Shown here: in pieces, positions 1 to 7,866 of the stretch
How the letters are laid out: every line of letters begins with the position of its first letter
Position numbering within the stretch: the first letter of the stretch is position 1
Origin: an uncultured Ruminococcus sp.
GTDB lineage: Bacteria; Bacillota; Clostridia; Oscillospirales; CAG-272
Direction of reading: 5' to 3'
Assembly: GCA_964558485.1 (NCBI GenBank)
Contig: CAZLED010000001.1
Location: 26,491 to 90,490, forward strand
Length of the DNA stretch: 64,000 nucleotides
Made by a program: the position numbers and the translations under genes
The notes under the pieces: model-generated
What the model was told of the DNA's origin: nothing
The model's database searches: none
What the model saw: the letters and a program-made list of their open reading frames with translations, nothing else

Positions 1-1382
1 GCCTTTCTTCGCAGGGCCTCCAGGGTCTCTGCCGGTTCGTTTGCCTTATGGGGAACACCGCAGGCGTCGGCCAATGCATACAGCTTGGCAACGTTTTCTG
101 CCGTCCAGGTATCGGCAGGGGTCTCGGTCGGTGCGCTTTCGGTGGATGCGGCGATCTCGTCCAGCTCGTCCAGGGTATCCACGCCCCATTCGTCCAGGAT
201 CGCATCCAGCTTGGCAAGGTTTTTGCCCTGCATCACGTAGAACACGATGCCCACGATCACGCAGACTGCCATGAGTCCAAAGGGAAAGAGGAACTGGGGA
301 AAACCGAAATAGGCCATGATGGCACCGGCTGCCAGTGACACAAGTCCGGCAATGGCCATCACGATGGTCACCGCCAAAAACAGCCGGGATTTGGATTCCA
401 AATATTCGCCTTCCTCTAAGGCAGAGGCAGCTTCTTCGTCACGTATATGCAGCGTACCATGGGTATTGGACGGGTTTGTGGTTTCCGACGAAGTCGTCAG
501 CGGCTGGGCTTCCAGGGCATCCAGCTGGGTGTGCAGGTCGCTGAACGGTGGGGCAGACAGAACGTCCAGTGCGTTCTGGTAGCTTTTCAGCTTGGTGGCG
601 GTGTCGTCGGCAGCTGCGATCTTCCGGCAGGCAGCGATGACCTCGGCGGCAGACGTCAGTGCTTCCAGACCGTTCTTTTTGTCTTCCATTTCCTGCCGTT
701 TGGCTGTGGCCGTGCGCAGGGCAGTCTCCGTTTCCAGCCGGCGATCGGCTTTGGTTTGTGCGGCGGTCAGTGCTTCTTCCAGCCGGGCCACCTCTTCTTC
801 CTTTTCCCGGATCTTTCCACCGGCAGAATTTTTCGGCAGCAGCTCTCGTCTGGCCTGGTCCAGCTTGGCGGTGGCACGCTTGAAGTCCACGTTTTCATCG
901 GCGGTGTGGAGCATATTTTCCACGGCACCGGCCAGACTGGAGCCATCGGGACGCACGGTACCCAGCTGTCCCACAAAGGCGGTGCTGGTGAAGACCGATT
1001 CGTTCACGCCAAAGAAATATTGCCCCGGTTCCTTTTCCGGCAGGATCTGGTTGGTACGGGTGTCCACGATCTGGACGGTGTCCCGGATGCTTTCCCGGTT
1101 GCCGTCACTGGTAATGGTCGTGGAGCGTTCGATGCGCCACAGATTTCCGTCTGCTTCGGTGACGCAGGTGATCCAGCCACCGACACGGGCGCCGGTGAGG
1201 TATCGGGTGCGGTCGGGACTGCCCTTTTGTCCGGGACCGTAGAAGATATATTTGAGAAAGGCCGCCAAGGTGGATTTCCCGGATTCGTTGGGACCTTCCA
1301 GCACATTCACGCCTTCCGACAGCCGGAAGGAACGATCTTGAAAAAGTCCGAACGACTGGATATAGATTTCCTGAATTTTCAT
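1..1382 (-). CDS. Rad50/SbcC-like AAA ATPase with coiled coil and internal membrane hairpin (YhaN-like); N-terminal ~460 codons, continues past window start
   Basis: Own minus-strand translation from ATG 1380-1382: MKIQEIYIQSFGLF...GPNESGKST (Walker A). Followed by a long E/A/K/L-rich coiled-coil region and two hydrophobic helices (nt ~231-386). The frame stays open to nt 1, so it is missing from the ORF track. GGAGGG RBS at 1387-1392. Starts 11 nt after the SbcD-like gene. Confidence 0.75.
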   Translation of the reverse strand, partial: MKIQEIYIQSFGLFQDRSFRLSEGVNVLEGPNESGKSTLAAFLKYIFYGPGQKGSPDRTRYLTGARVGGWITCVTEADGNLWRIERSTTITSDGNRESIRDTVQIVDTRTNQILPEKEPGQYFFGVNESVFTSTAFVGQLGTVRPDGSSLAGAVENMLHTADENVDFKRATAKLDQARRELLPKNSAGGKIREKEEEVARLEEALTAAQTKADRRLETETALRTATAKRQEMEDKKNGLEALTSAAEVIAACRKIAAADDTATKLKSYQNALDVLSAPPFSDLHTQLDALEAQPLTTSSETTNPSNTHGTLHIRDEEAASALEEGEYLESKSRLFLAVTIVMAIAGLVSLAAGAIMAYFGFPQFLFPFGLMAVCVIVGIVFYVMQGKNLAKLDAILDEWGVDTLDELDEIAASTESAPTETPADTWTAENVAKLYALADACGVPHKANEPAETLEALRRK

Positions 1383-1393
1383 AAGTCCCTCCG

Positions 1394-2503
1394 TTATTCC
1401 ACGATATTTTCGCCGGCCAGCGCAGCCAGACCATACCGCAGTGCTCGCAGCGCCGTGTCTTTTTCTTCCGGTGTACCAGAATTCAGCGCCGGAGAGAGCG
1501 TGCGGTACAGAGCCCCACGGATGCCGGGATCCGCCGAAAGTGTGGCAAGGTCGGGCATGGTCTTGTCCTGGAGCTGCAGGCAGAACAGACCCATGTCGCC
1601 CAGCAGGTCCCCGTTTATCACCAGACCATCGCCGACCAAGCCGGTATAGCGCAGCCGCAGCAGGGTGTCCTCGCCGTATTTGTGGGAAGCGATGTAGTCG
1701 GCGGTGGCAGCGCGAACGTCGGCCATGGTGGAGCAGCCGGTGATATCCAGAGAACCGGTTTCGTAGCGGCGTTTGGAGAAGCGCACCCGTTTCATACGCA
1801 CGGCAGCGGTGGGGCCATTTTTTTCGATCTCCACCACGCAGGCACCCTTGGGACCGGTCTCCGAAAAGTCTCTGCCTTCCAGGCAACCGCAGTAGGCCCA
1901 TTGTGCCCCATGGTGGTCGTTGGATTGTGGTGGATTGTGGATGTGACCCAGGGCAGCGTAGTCGGCGCCAAAGGCGTTCAGCAGCTCCTGGGAAAGCGGG
2001 GCATAGCGGTCGTCGCCGGTGATATCGCCGTGGCACAGCAGCAGGTTGATCTGGCCTGGATCGGTGACGGTATGACCACGTAGCGGGTTCTCCGGCAGCT
2101 CCGGCGCAGAGAAGCCATAGCCCCACACGGTCAGGTTTTTCTCCGGAAAGGAGACGCTGGTCAGTGTGGGATCGAGGAACAGGTGGACGTTTGCCGGGAA
2201 GGTGGTGTTGCGCCAGACGCTGCCGGTGTCGGCATAGTCGTGGTTACCGGTGGCGATGCAGACGATGCCACCGAACTTTTCGAATTCGCTGCACAAAAGC
2301 TGGACGGTCTCTCTTGTGACATAGCGGCCATCGAACACGTCCCCGGCCAGTACCACGGCATCCACGCCATTCATACGGGCGTAGGTCATCATGGAGGTGA
2401 AGGCAGCACGCATTTCGTTTTTGCGGATCTGGGCCCGACGTTCGTCCAGGGATGCAAAGGCCGCATCCAGGTGCAGGTCTCCTGTATGTAATATTTTTAA
2501 CAT
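1394..2503 (-). CDS. SbcD/Mre11-family metallophosphoesterase (DNA repair exonuclease, YhaO-like)
   Basis: MLKILHTGDLHLD..., GDVFD, GNHD and HGD calcineurin-like phosphoesterase motifs. Start moved to ATG 2501-2503, behind an AAAAGGA RBS. Tightly coupled to the downstream ATPase gene. Confidence 0.85.
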   Translation of the reverse strand: MLKILHTGDLHLDAAFASLDERRAQIRKNEMRAAFTSMMTYARMNGVDAVVLAGDVFDGRYVTRETVQLLCSEFEKFGGIVCIATGNHDYADTGSVWRNTTFPANVHLFLDPTLTSVSFPEKNLTVWGYGFSAPELPENPLRGHTVTDPGQINLLLCHGDITGDDRYAPLSQELLNAFGADYAALGHIHNPPQSNDHHGAQWAYCGCLEGRDFSETGPKGACVVEIEKNGPTAAVRMKRVRFSKRRYETGSLDITGCSTMADVRAATADYIASHKYGEDTLLRLRYTGLVGDGLVINGDLLGDMGLFCLQLQDKTMPDLATLSADPGIRGALYRTLSPALNSGTPEEKDTALRALRYGLAALAGENIVE

Positions 2504-2601
2504 AGGCAAATCCTTTTGATGTGGAAGCATGATGAGTTTGGAAAAACTGCTGAAAGGGAACAGATCCTCTGTGTTTACGTGGATCTACAATACCCCACTT
2601 T

Positions 2602-2630
2602 AGTATAGCATATTTGGCAGTCCGGTGCAA
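2602..2630 (-). promoter_or_regulatory. sigma-A type promoter for the SbcD-like/ATPase operon
   Basis: Minus strand: TTGCAC (2630-2625), 17 nt spacer, TGc-TATACT (2607-2602). Confidence 0.5.
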
Positions 2631-2704
2631 GATGGAATTTGTGAAAATTATGTAGAAGAAGAAAAAAGCACCCATAGCGGATGCTTTTTGGAAATTTGGG
2701 TCGG

Positions 2705-5362
2705 TCAGTTGAAGTAATCTGCGTACCCGTCCCAACCGGCCAGATACCGGGCAAGGATCATAGCGTCCCGCCGGGTGACGGTACCATCGCCATCGATATC
2801 CGCTGTGGTGGGGTCGAAGGTTGTGGGGTAACCGGAGAAATATTGGTGGAGGGTTTTTAAGTCATCGGTATCGATCTGACCATTGCCGTTGAAGTCGGCT
2901 ACGTCCTTGCGCCAGATGGCGTACAGCGTATGATCTGCGTTGTTTTGTACGATAGTCTCTGCCGTGTAGTACGTGGTGGATGTTTTGGAAATGCCCCAAC
3001 CAAGGAATACAAAGCCTTCCCGAACGGGTGTAGGCAGTGTTCCATAGGCTTCACCGTATTTTACAGACAGGGTCGAAGCAGAAACCGTACCACCGTTGGC
3101 ATTGAGGGTAACAGTGATATAAGGGTTACACAATGCGCAGGTTTCAAAATATCCTTTTGTTCCGGAATCTTCCTTAGCACCACAAGCACAGGTGTTATAG
3201 ATGGTATGCGGATGGTTAGGATCGGTGTAGGTTCCTGCGGTATAGCTATGTTCTGTTGCAGGATTCAGCATGGTTCCGCACGTTAGGCAGGTTTGCGGCG
3301 TTGTACAGGTAGGTGCAGCACCAGGGTTATGACCGAATGCATTGGCTATGATTGCGCCACAGGTCGTACAGGTTTGCGCAGTGGTGCAGGTAGCGACTGC
3401 TCCCGGGGTATGATTGGTAGCTACATTTAAGATGACGCCACATCTTGTGCAGGTTTGCGCAGTGGTACAAGTTGCAGCAGCGCCTGCGGAATGTCCATAA
3501 GCATTTACCAGGATGGCATCACAGGTCGTACATACCTGCGGACTGGTACAGGTTGCCACAGCACCGGGTGTATGCACGTGGGCAAAAGCAGAATAATCCA
3601 CCCAGGCACAGCGATAGATCCCATCTGTATGCGGATAAATGATCTGTGCTCGTGCGCTGGTGTTGTCAATAACGGTAACGTGATCTCCTACATCGACCCA
3701 GCCTAATTCTGATGAGCTGCCCACTCTGATGTATGTTGTTGTTTTCGCTTTCACCACTTCTGTATGTGGGGAACAGGTCGCATTCAGGAAAAACGCTGCC
3801 CATGTGTACACATCTTTTGTACTGTTATTCCAGGGACAATTTACAAGACACCAACCATTGTCATACACGGCTTTAATGGTACAATAATCTTTTCCGTAAA
3901 TATAACCGATATGATTTCCGTTTACCGCATCATACGCATCGGCAGCGTGATCGGCATCGGATAAAGGATAACACTTAAACGGAACCGGATAAACACTTGT
4001 AGACTGCAGGGGCAAGGTAAGGTATTCCATAGAAGCATATCCGCTGATGCCACCATATTCCACGTGTGCCCAGGTGCCGTTTGCCTTGGTTACCGTTACA
4101 GTGGCACCAGACGGAATAGAACCAATGGCACTATAGCTTGTACCATGACCGGAACGGATCGTCAATGGATATGTCGTGGTCGTGCAGGTATATGTTCCGG
4201 CATAGCTGGTAGAACAGGTGCAGACATCCACTATTGAGCTGCCGCCAGATAATGTTGATGGAGCAATATATATATCTAAAACTCTATAGTTTGCAATATC
4301 TCTTTTATTTAGTTTTCGGCCCCACTGAATGTTGCATGTTCCACGCGTGTTACATTCACCTACAGTGACTGTACTTTCATCTACACTTATGACAAAAACT
4401 GTATGGTAAGGTGAATCACTTGTTATAATATCACCTGGTTTTAGAGAATTTAAATACGCTGTTGGAGAAGATGGTCTATCCCAGTTGCGAGGATTGCTGC
4501 CAAAAGCATCATAGCCCAATTTTAGTGCAAAACCATGACATTGTAGGGCATTTGAAAACCAGTTACAACCACAGGATGTTCCGGTTTTTGTGCACGTGCC
4601 TGCATGATGCGTACATGGTGAATACGTATAGGAATCCGGGTTGCCGCCATTCCAATAGGCACCAGCCGGGAATTTCGCTTGCAGCTGTGCCAGGGTCAGT
4701 CCACCTGCATTGGCAGCTGTAACGGATTTGGCCGTCGTTTCCTTTGCCACGATGGTCTCATTATAGTGCCAGCCAAACACATCATAGTATTCGCTGTTGC
4801 CCATCATGTGGTAATTACCGACTTCTCCGGTCTCAAAGGAAAAATGCAGGTGAGTAGCGCCATTGCCTTTTCCAGCGTAGCCGATCAGGTCACCGGCTTC
4901 TACATGGATCGAGCCGCTCTCCAGTGCACCTTCTCGATTACCGGCGTTGTAGTCGGCGATACATTCGTCTCTGAGATCGCAGTAAATGTCATACACCAGT
5001 GCCGACATATGGGTGTAAAAGGCAGATACGTACGTGTAGCCATTGTAGGTAAACGGTTCATCTAAGAGGATCTTCACAGAACCACAGGTGTCGCCGGGCT
5101 GGACCACTTTGGTATGGTTTTGTGTGCAGGAGTAGGTGATCGTACCAGATGCTACGGCATATATAGGGTCTCCATAATTGTATGGATACAAGTCAATGCC
5201 ATAGTGCCCGGCGCTTTCTGCATATCCTGACCCTTGCACAGTGCCGGATATGGGATTCTGAAAAGAGGTAGAAGCTGTCGCATGGGTATGCTGTGGTATG
5301 ACAATCGTCGAGAATACCAACAACACGCTGCATAAAAAGGAAACGATTCTTTTTGCTTTCAT
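2705..5362 (-). CDS. Secreted multidomain cell-wall hydrolase: M23 peptidase + Cys/His papain-like segment + SH3b + 4 Cys-rich repeats + Listeria-Bacteroides (Flg_new) repeat + type I dockerin
   Basis: Signal peptide MKAKRIVSFLCSVLLVFSTIVIP. M23 motifs HYGIDL...HLHFSFE. SH3b-like YPLTIRSGHGTSYSAIGSIPSGATVTV. Flg_new-like ITVTLNANGGTV...REGFVFLGWG. Dockerin Ca loops DFNGNGQIDTDD and DIDGDGTVTRRD (nt 2708-2896). Confidence 0.85.
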   Translation of the reverse strand: MKAKRIVSFLCSVLLVFSTIVIPQHTHATASTSFQNPISGTVQGSGYAESAGHYGIDLYPYNYGDPIYAVASGTITYSCTQNHTKVVQPGDTCGSVKILLDEPFTYNGYTYVSAFYTHMSALVYDIYCDLRDECIADYNAGNREGALESGSIHVEAGDLIGYAGKGNGATHLHFSFETGEVGNYHMMGNSEYYDVFGWHYNETIVAKETTAKSVTAANAGGLTLAQLQAKFPAGAYWNGGNPDSYTYSPCTHHAGTCTKTGTSCGCNWFSNALQCHGFALKLGYDAFGSNPRNWDRPSSPTAYLNSLKPGDIITSDSPYHTVFVISVDESTVTVGECNTRGTCNIQWGRKLNKRDIANYRVLDIYIAPSTLSGGSSIVDVCTCSTSYAGTYTCTTTTYPLTIRSGHGTSYSAIGSIPSGATVTVTKANGTWAHVEYGGISGYASMEYLTLPLQSTSVYPVPFKCYPLSDADHAADAYDAVNGNHIGYIYGKDYCTIKAVYDNGWCLVNCPWNNSTKDVYTWAAFFLNATCSPHTEVVKAKTTTYIRVGSSSELGWVDVGDHVTVIDNTSARAQIIYPHTDGIYRCAWVDYSAFAHVHTPGAVATCTSPQVCTTCDAILVNAYGHSAGAAATCTTAQTCTRCGVILNVATNHTPGAVATCTTAQTCTTCGAIIANAFGHNPGAAPTCTTPQTCLTCGTMLNPATEHSYTAGTYTDPNHPHTIYNTCACGAKEDSGTKGYFETCALCNPYITVTLNANGGTVSASTLSVKYGEAYGTLPTPVREGFVFLGWGISKTSTTYYTAETIVQNNADHTLYAIWRKDVADFNGNGQIDTDDLKTLHQYFSGYPTTFDPTTADIDGDGTVTRRDAMILARYLAGWDGYADYFN
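3251..3574 (-). repeat. Four tandem 81-bp (27-aa) coding repeats, each H-x7-C-x5-C-x2-C, inside the M23 protein
   Basis: HTPGAVATCTSPQVCTTCDAILVNAYG / HSAGAAATCTTAQTCTRCGVILNVATN / HTPGAVATCTTAQTCTTCGAIIANAFG / HNPGAAPTCTTPQTCLTCGTMLNPATE. Confidence 0.85.
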
Positions 5363-5390
5363 ATGTGACCCTCCTTGAAAAATTGGTCTT

Positions 5391-5460
5391 TATATAGCCT
5401 ATTGTATCATATATAGCCTATATTGTCAACCCCTTTGGGCTATAATTAGCCTATAATTTT
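5391..5460. promoter_or_regulatory. Candidate operator region: 3-4 direct copies of TA(T)AGCCTAT between the divergent M23 and XRE genes
   Basis: tatagcctat at 5393-5402 and 5412-5421, ttagcctata at 5446-5455, gggctataat at 5438-5447. AT-rich divergent intergenic region. Confidence 0.35.
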
Positions 5461-5482
5461 TTAGAAAAAGAAAGGGCTACCT

Positions 5483-5725
5483 ATGGATACCTACACCGCT
5501 GTAAAAAACCGACTGCTGGTCTTGTGTGAGCAAAAGCAAATGTCCATCCACAAGCTTGCCATCGAGTCGGCTGTGCCACCGTCTACCATCAAAAATATCC
5601 TCTATGGCAAAAGCAAAAATCCCGGCATCGTCACCATCAAAATGCTCTGCGATGGACTGGGCATCTCCTTGGTGGATTTCTTCGATACGGAGGTTTTTCG
5701 CACCTTGGAGCAAGAGATCCGCTGA
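5483..5725 (+). CDS. XRE-family helix-turn-helix transcriptional regulator (80 aa)
   Basis: MSIHKLAIESAVPPSTIKNILYGKSKNPGIVTIKMLCDGLGISLVDFF is a typical Cro/C1 HTH. AAAGGG RBS 6 nt upstream of the ATG. Confidence 0.85.
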   Translation: MDTYTAVKNRLLVLCEQKQMSIHKLAIESAVPPSTIKNILYGKSKNPGIVTIKMLCDGLGISLVDFFDTEVFRTLEQEIR

Positions 5726-5777
5726 TCTGCCAAACAAAAAAAGCTACAGCCTGTGCCGTAGCTTTTCTGCCATATTC

Positions 5778-6821
5778 TCAATGCCCGGAGAGCCACTGCG
5801 CCAGCTCCTCGGCATACCACGTGTCCGGCTGCGTCTTCACCACATATCCATGCTTCCCATCCTCGGCATAGGTGAAGTCGTTTTCCCCGGTCTCGCTGTC
5901 CACCGATGCTTTGCCACGCCGGAGCGTGTACCCGGCTTTCGCTGCGTTTTCCGTATCAAATGGATCCCGTGGGTCGCCGTGCAGCGCCAAAAGCACCAGC
6001 ATGGGATCCCAGGAAGAGCGACCGTTTTGGCTCCCGTGGGCAGCAAAGGCCAGGCGCAGCGGATCGGTTTCATCCGGGATCGTTTCCGGGGTACCGCTGA
6101 TCACGCTGGCGCCCACTTCCCAGCCTAAAAATACGATGGGACAGGGAAAATCTCGCAGCAGTGTGGCGGCGGTCTTTCGAGAACGTGGCGCACGGGCAAA
6201 GTTGTTCTCCCGTCCATGGCCGTCTTTTTCCCAGTTGCCCGCCATCATCCACAGACACGACACCTTCTCTGCCACCAGTGCCCGTCCGGCTTCATCGGCA
6301 CACAGGGCAGCGAGCACCTGGGGATAGCCGATCTCCAACAGCTCCACCTGGCCCGGTGCCTTGGTCAGCAGCTCTCGGTACAATGCGACCCCATCGGGCA
6401 AGGCATTGTTGTCCGGTACGGTGTGGGGCAGAGCAGAGAGCAGCTTTTGATACGGTGGAGCTCCACCATAATCGGTGGCGTCCCGGTCGATCCCCAGGGG
6501 CAGATCCCCAAAGCCTTCGGTGGTGAGAAAGGCATTCAGGGACGCAGCCGAATCGGGCATAGCCGCATTGCAAACGATCCCGGCCAGCGACCACAGCCCC
6601 CGTTTGGCAGCCCGGCAAAGGATCCGCAGTGCCGCCACATCGTCGCAGTCGGTCCACCAATCTGTACCTAATATTATAGTACGGTTTGGTAGTGGAGTAA
6701 CAGATTCATCTGTACCTAATATTATGGTACGGTTTGGTAGTGGGGCGCCGGATTCATCTGTACCAAGGACGGTGCGATGTGGGGCAGGTGCGGTGGATGT
6801 ATGGATAGATGCTTGTTTCAT
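5778..6821 (-). CDS. Inosine-uridine nucleoside hydrolase-like protein with tandemly duplicated N-terminal strand
   Basis: ILGTDWWTDCDDVAALRIL resembles the IUNH DxDxxxDD aspartate cluster. Start chosen at ATG 6819-6821 (MKQASIH); ATG 6843-6845 is an alternative. Confidence 0.55.
   Translation of the reverse strand: MKQASIHTSTAPAPHRTVLGTDESGAPLPNRTIILGTDESVTPLPNRTIILGTDWWTDCDDVAALRILCRAAKRGLWSLAGIVCNAAMPDSAASLNAFLTTEGFGDLPLGIDRDATDYGGAPPYQKLLSALPHTVPDNNALPDGVALYRELLTKAPGQVELLEIGYPQVLAALCADEAGRALVAEKVSCLWMMAGNWEKDGHGRENNFARAPRSRKTAATLLRDFPCPIVFLGWEVGASVISGTPETIPDETDPLRLAFAAHGSQNGRSSWDPMLVLLALHGDPRDPFDTENAAKAGYTLRRGKASVDSETGENDFTYAEDGKHGYVVKTQPDTWYAEELAQWLSGH
6661..6775. repeat. 48-bp tandem duplication (2 full copies plus a partial third) inside the 5' end of the hydrolase-like gene
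   Basis: Copies at 6661-6708 and 6709-6756 differ at one position plus a 7-nt block. A third tctgtacca starts at 6757. Encodes LPNRTIILGTDES(V/G)(T/A)P repeats. Confidence 0.85.
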
Positions 6822-6955
6822 CTTGTGATTTTTCCTATTCTCCATGTAGATTGTAGATACAGATCGTTGAGGGTTCGATCTTTCCTTTGCTATACATAAG
6901 AATTTTTTATTTCGACTATCTGTATCCACTTGATTATAACACATCTATGGGGGAC

Positions 6956-7010
6956 TTGTCAAGATAGTGAGGAAAACCATCTTGACAAACGACAGAATAC
7001 AGTGTATAAT
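6956..7010 (+). promoter_or_regulatory. Promoter with overlapping 10-bp inverted repeat (candidate operator) for the PIN gene
   Basis: IR ttgtcaagat (6956-6965) / atcttgacaa (6979-6988). TTGACA (6982-6987), 17 nt spacer, TATAAT (7005-7010). Confidence 0.55.
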
Positions 7011-7051
7011 ACAGTTGTATGATAGTGCTGTAGAAAAGGTTTGGTTTGTGT

Positions 7052-7549
7052 ATGCGTAAGCCAAAAATCTATTTAGATACTTCTGTGATCAGTCATTTGT
7101 CACAGCCGGATGCACCCGAAAAAATGCAAGATACATTGTTGCTTTGGAAATGTATTCGTGATGGAATGTATGATGTGTATATTTCCAATGCCACTATGCG
7201 CGAGATATCAGCGTGTAAACCGGAAAAATTAGAAATCCTGTTGCAATTCTTATCAGAAATACAGTATACTATTATAGAAGAAACAGAAGAGATCCGAACG
7301 GTGGCAGAGATGATCATTACGCTGGGAATTTTGCGTCCGAAAAGCTATGATGATTGTATCCATATAGCATCCGCTGTTGTGACTTCCTGTGACTATATCA
7401 TATCCTGGAATTTCAAACACATGGTGAATATCAAAACGGTAAACGGTGTGAGAGCGATATCCAATTTGCATGGGTATAAGCCGATCGATATTGTTCCGCC
7501 ATCGGCTTTTTTGGTGGACGACGTGGAAGAAAGTGAGGAAAACATATGA
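7052..7549 (+). CDS. PIN-domain protein (VapC-like toxin candidate)
   Basis: KIYLDTSVISHL (first acidic residue), TMREIS, YDDCIHIASAVV and IISWNFKHM fit the PIN acidic-residue pattern. ATG 7052 lies behind AAAAGG. Region is AT-rich compared with its flanks. Confidence 0.7.
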   Translation: MRKPKIYLDTSVISHLSQPDAPEKMQDTLLLWKCIRDGMYDVYISNATMREISACKPEKLEILLQFLSEIQYTIIEETEEIRTVAEMIITLGILRPKSYDDCIHIASAVVTSCDYIISWNFKHMVNIKTVNGVRAISNLHGYKPIDIVPPSAFLVDDVEESEENI

Positions 7550-7761
7550 AGGAACGAGAACTTGTATCCAATTTGACTGTGACCGATATCCATAAACTTC
7601 GTGTGAACAATTATGAAAAAACAAAAGATATGAAGCCGGAGGAACGCCATGCGTATTACCATGGAGCAGCTGTAGAAATGCAACGGCGTATCGATGCGAT
7701 TCGTGCAGCCAGAGGAGAAAAAACGAACTGTACTTGGTTGATTCAGGGAACATCAAGTTAA
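7546..7761 (+). CDS. Small protein (71 aa) translationally coupled to the PIN gene; possible downstream-encoded antitoxin
   Basis: ATGA overlap with the PIN stop codon. Same AT-rich composition. No recognisable domain. Confidence 0.4.
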   Translation: MKERELVSNLTVTDIHKLRVNNYEKTKDMKPEERHAYYHGAAVEMQRRIDAIRAARGEKTNCTWLIQGTSS

Positions 7762-7764
7762 AAT

Positions 7765-7816
7765 GAGGCTGTTGCATTTTTGGAATTTCTTCCTTCGTGC
7801 AACAGCCCCTTTTTGG
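7765..7816. terminator. Hairpin plus T-tract; copy 1 of a 43-nt core shared with 11546-11588
   Basis: gaggctgttgca-(21-nt loop tttttggaatttcttccttcg)-tgcaacagcc, then tttttgg. Lies between the convergent PIN operon and SBP gene. Confidence 0.6.
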
Positions 7817-7866
7817 TATGTTTTCGACCTGGATCAGCGTTGCCTGGAACTTTGGTTAGCGTTTCC

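Noticed and set aside
447-1649. 400-aa plus-strand ORF (and the 592-1242 ORF) overlapping the start of the window
   Set aside because: It is antisense to the Walker-A/coiled-coil ATPase reading frame, which has an RBS and recognisable motifs. Its composition is G/R/V/F-rich and low in complexity, typical of shadow ORFs in high-GC DNA. It has no RBS.
6822-6944. Upstream extension of the nucleoside-hydrolase-like ORF to ATG 6944
   Set aside because: The extension (MCYNQVDTDSRNKKFLCIAKERS...) lies in AT-rich promoter-like DNA. The internal ATGs at 6845 and 6821 are better placed relative to a purine-rich RBS.
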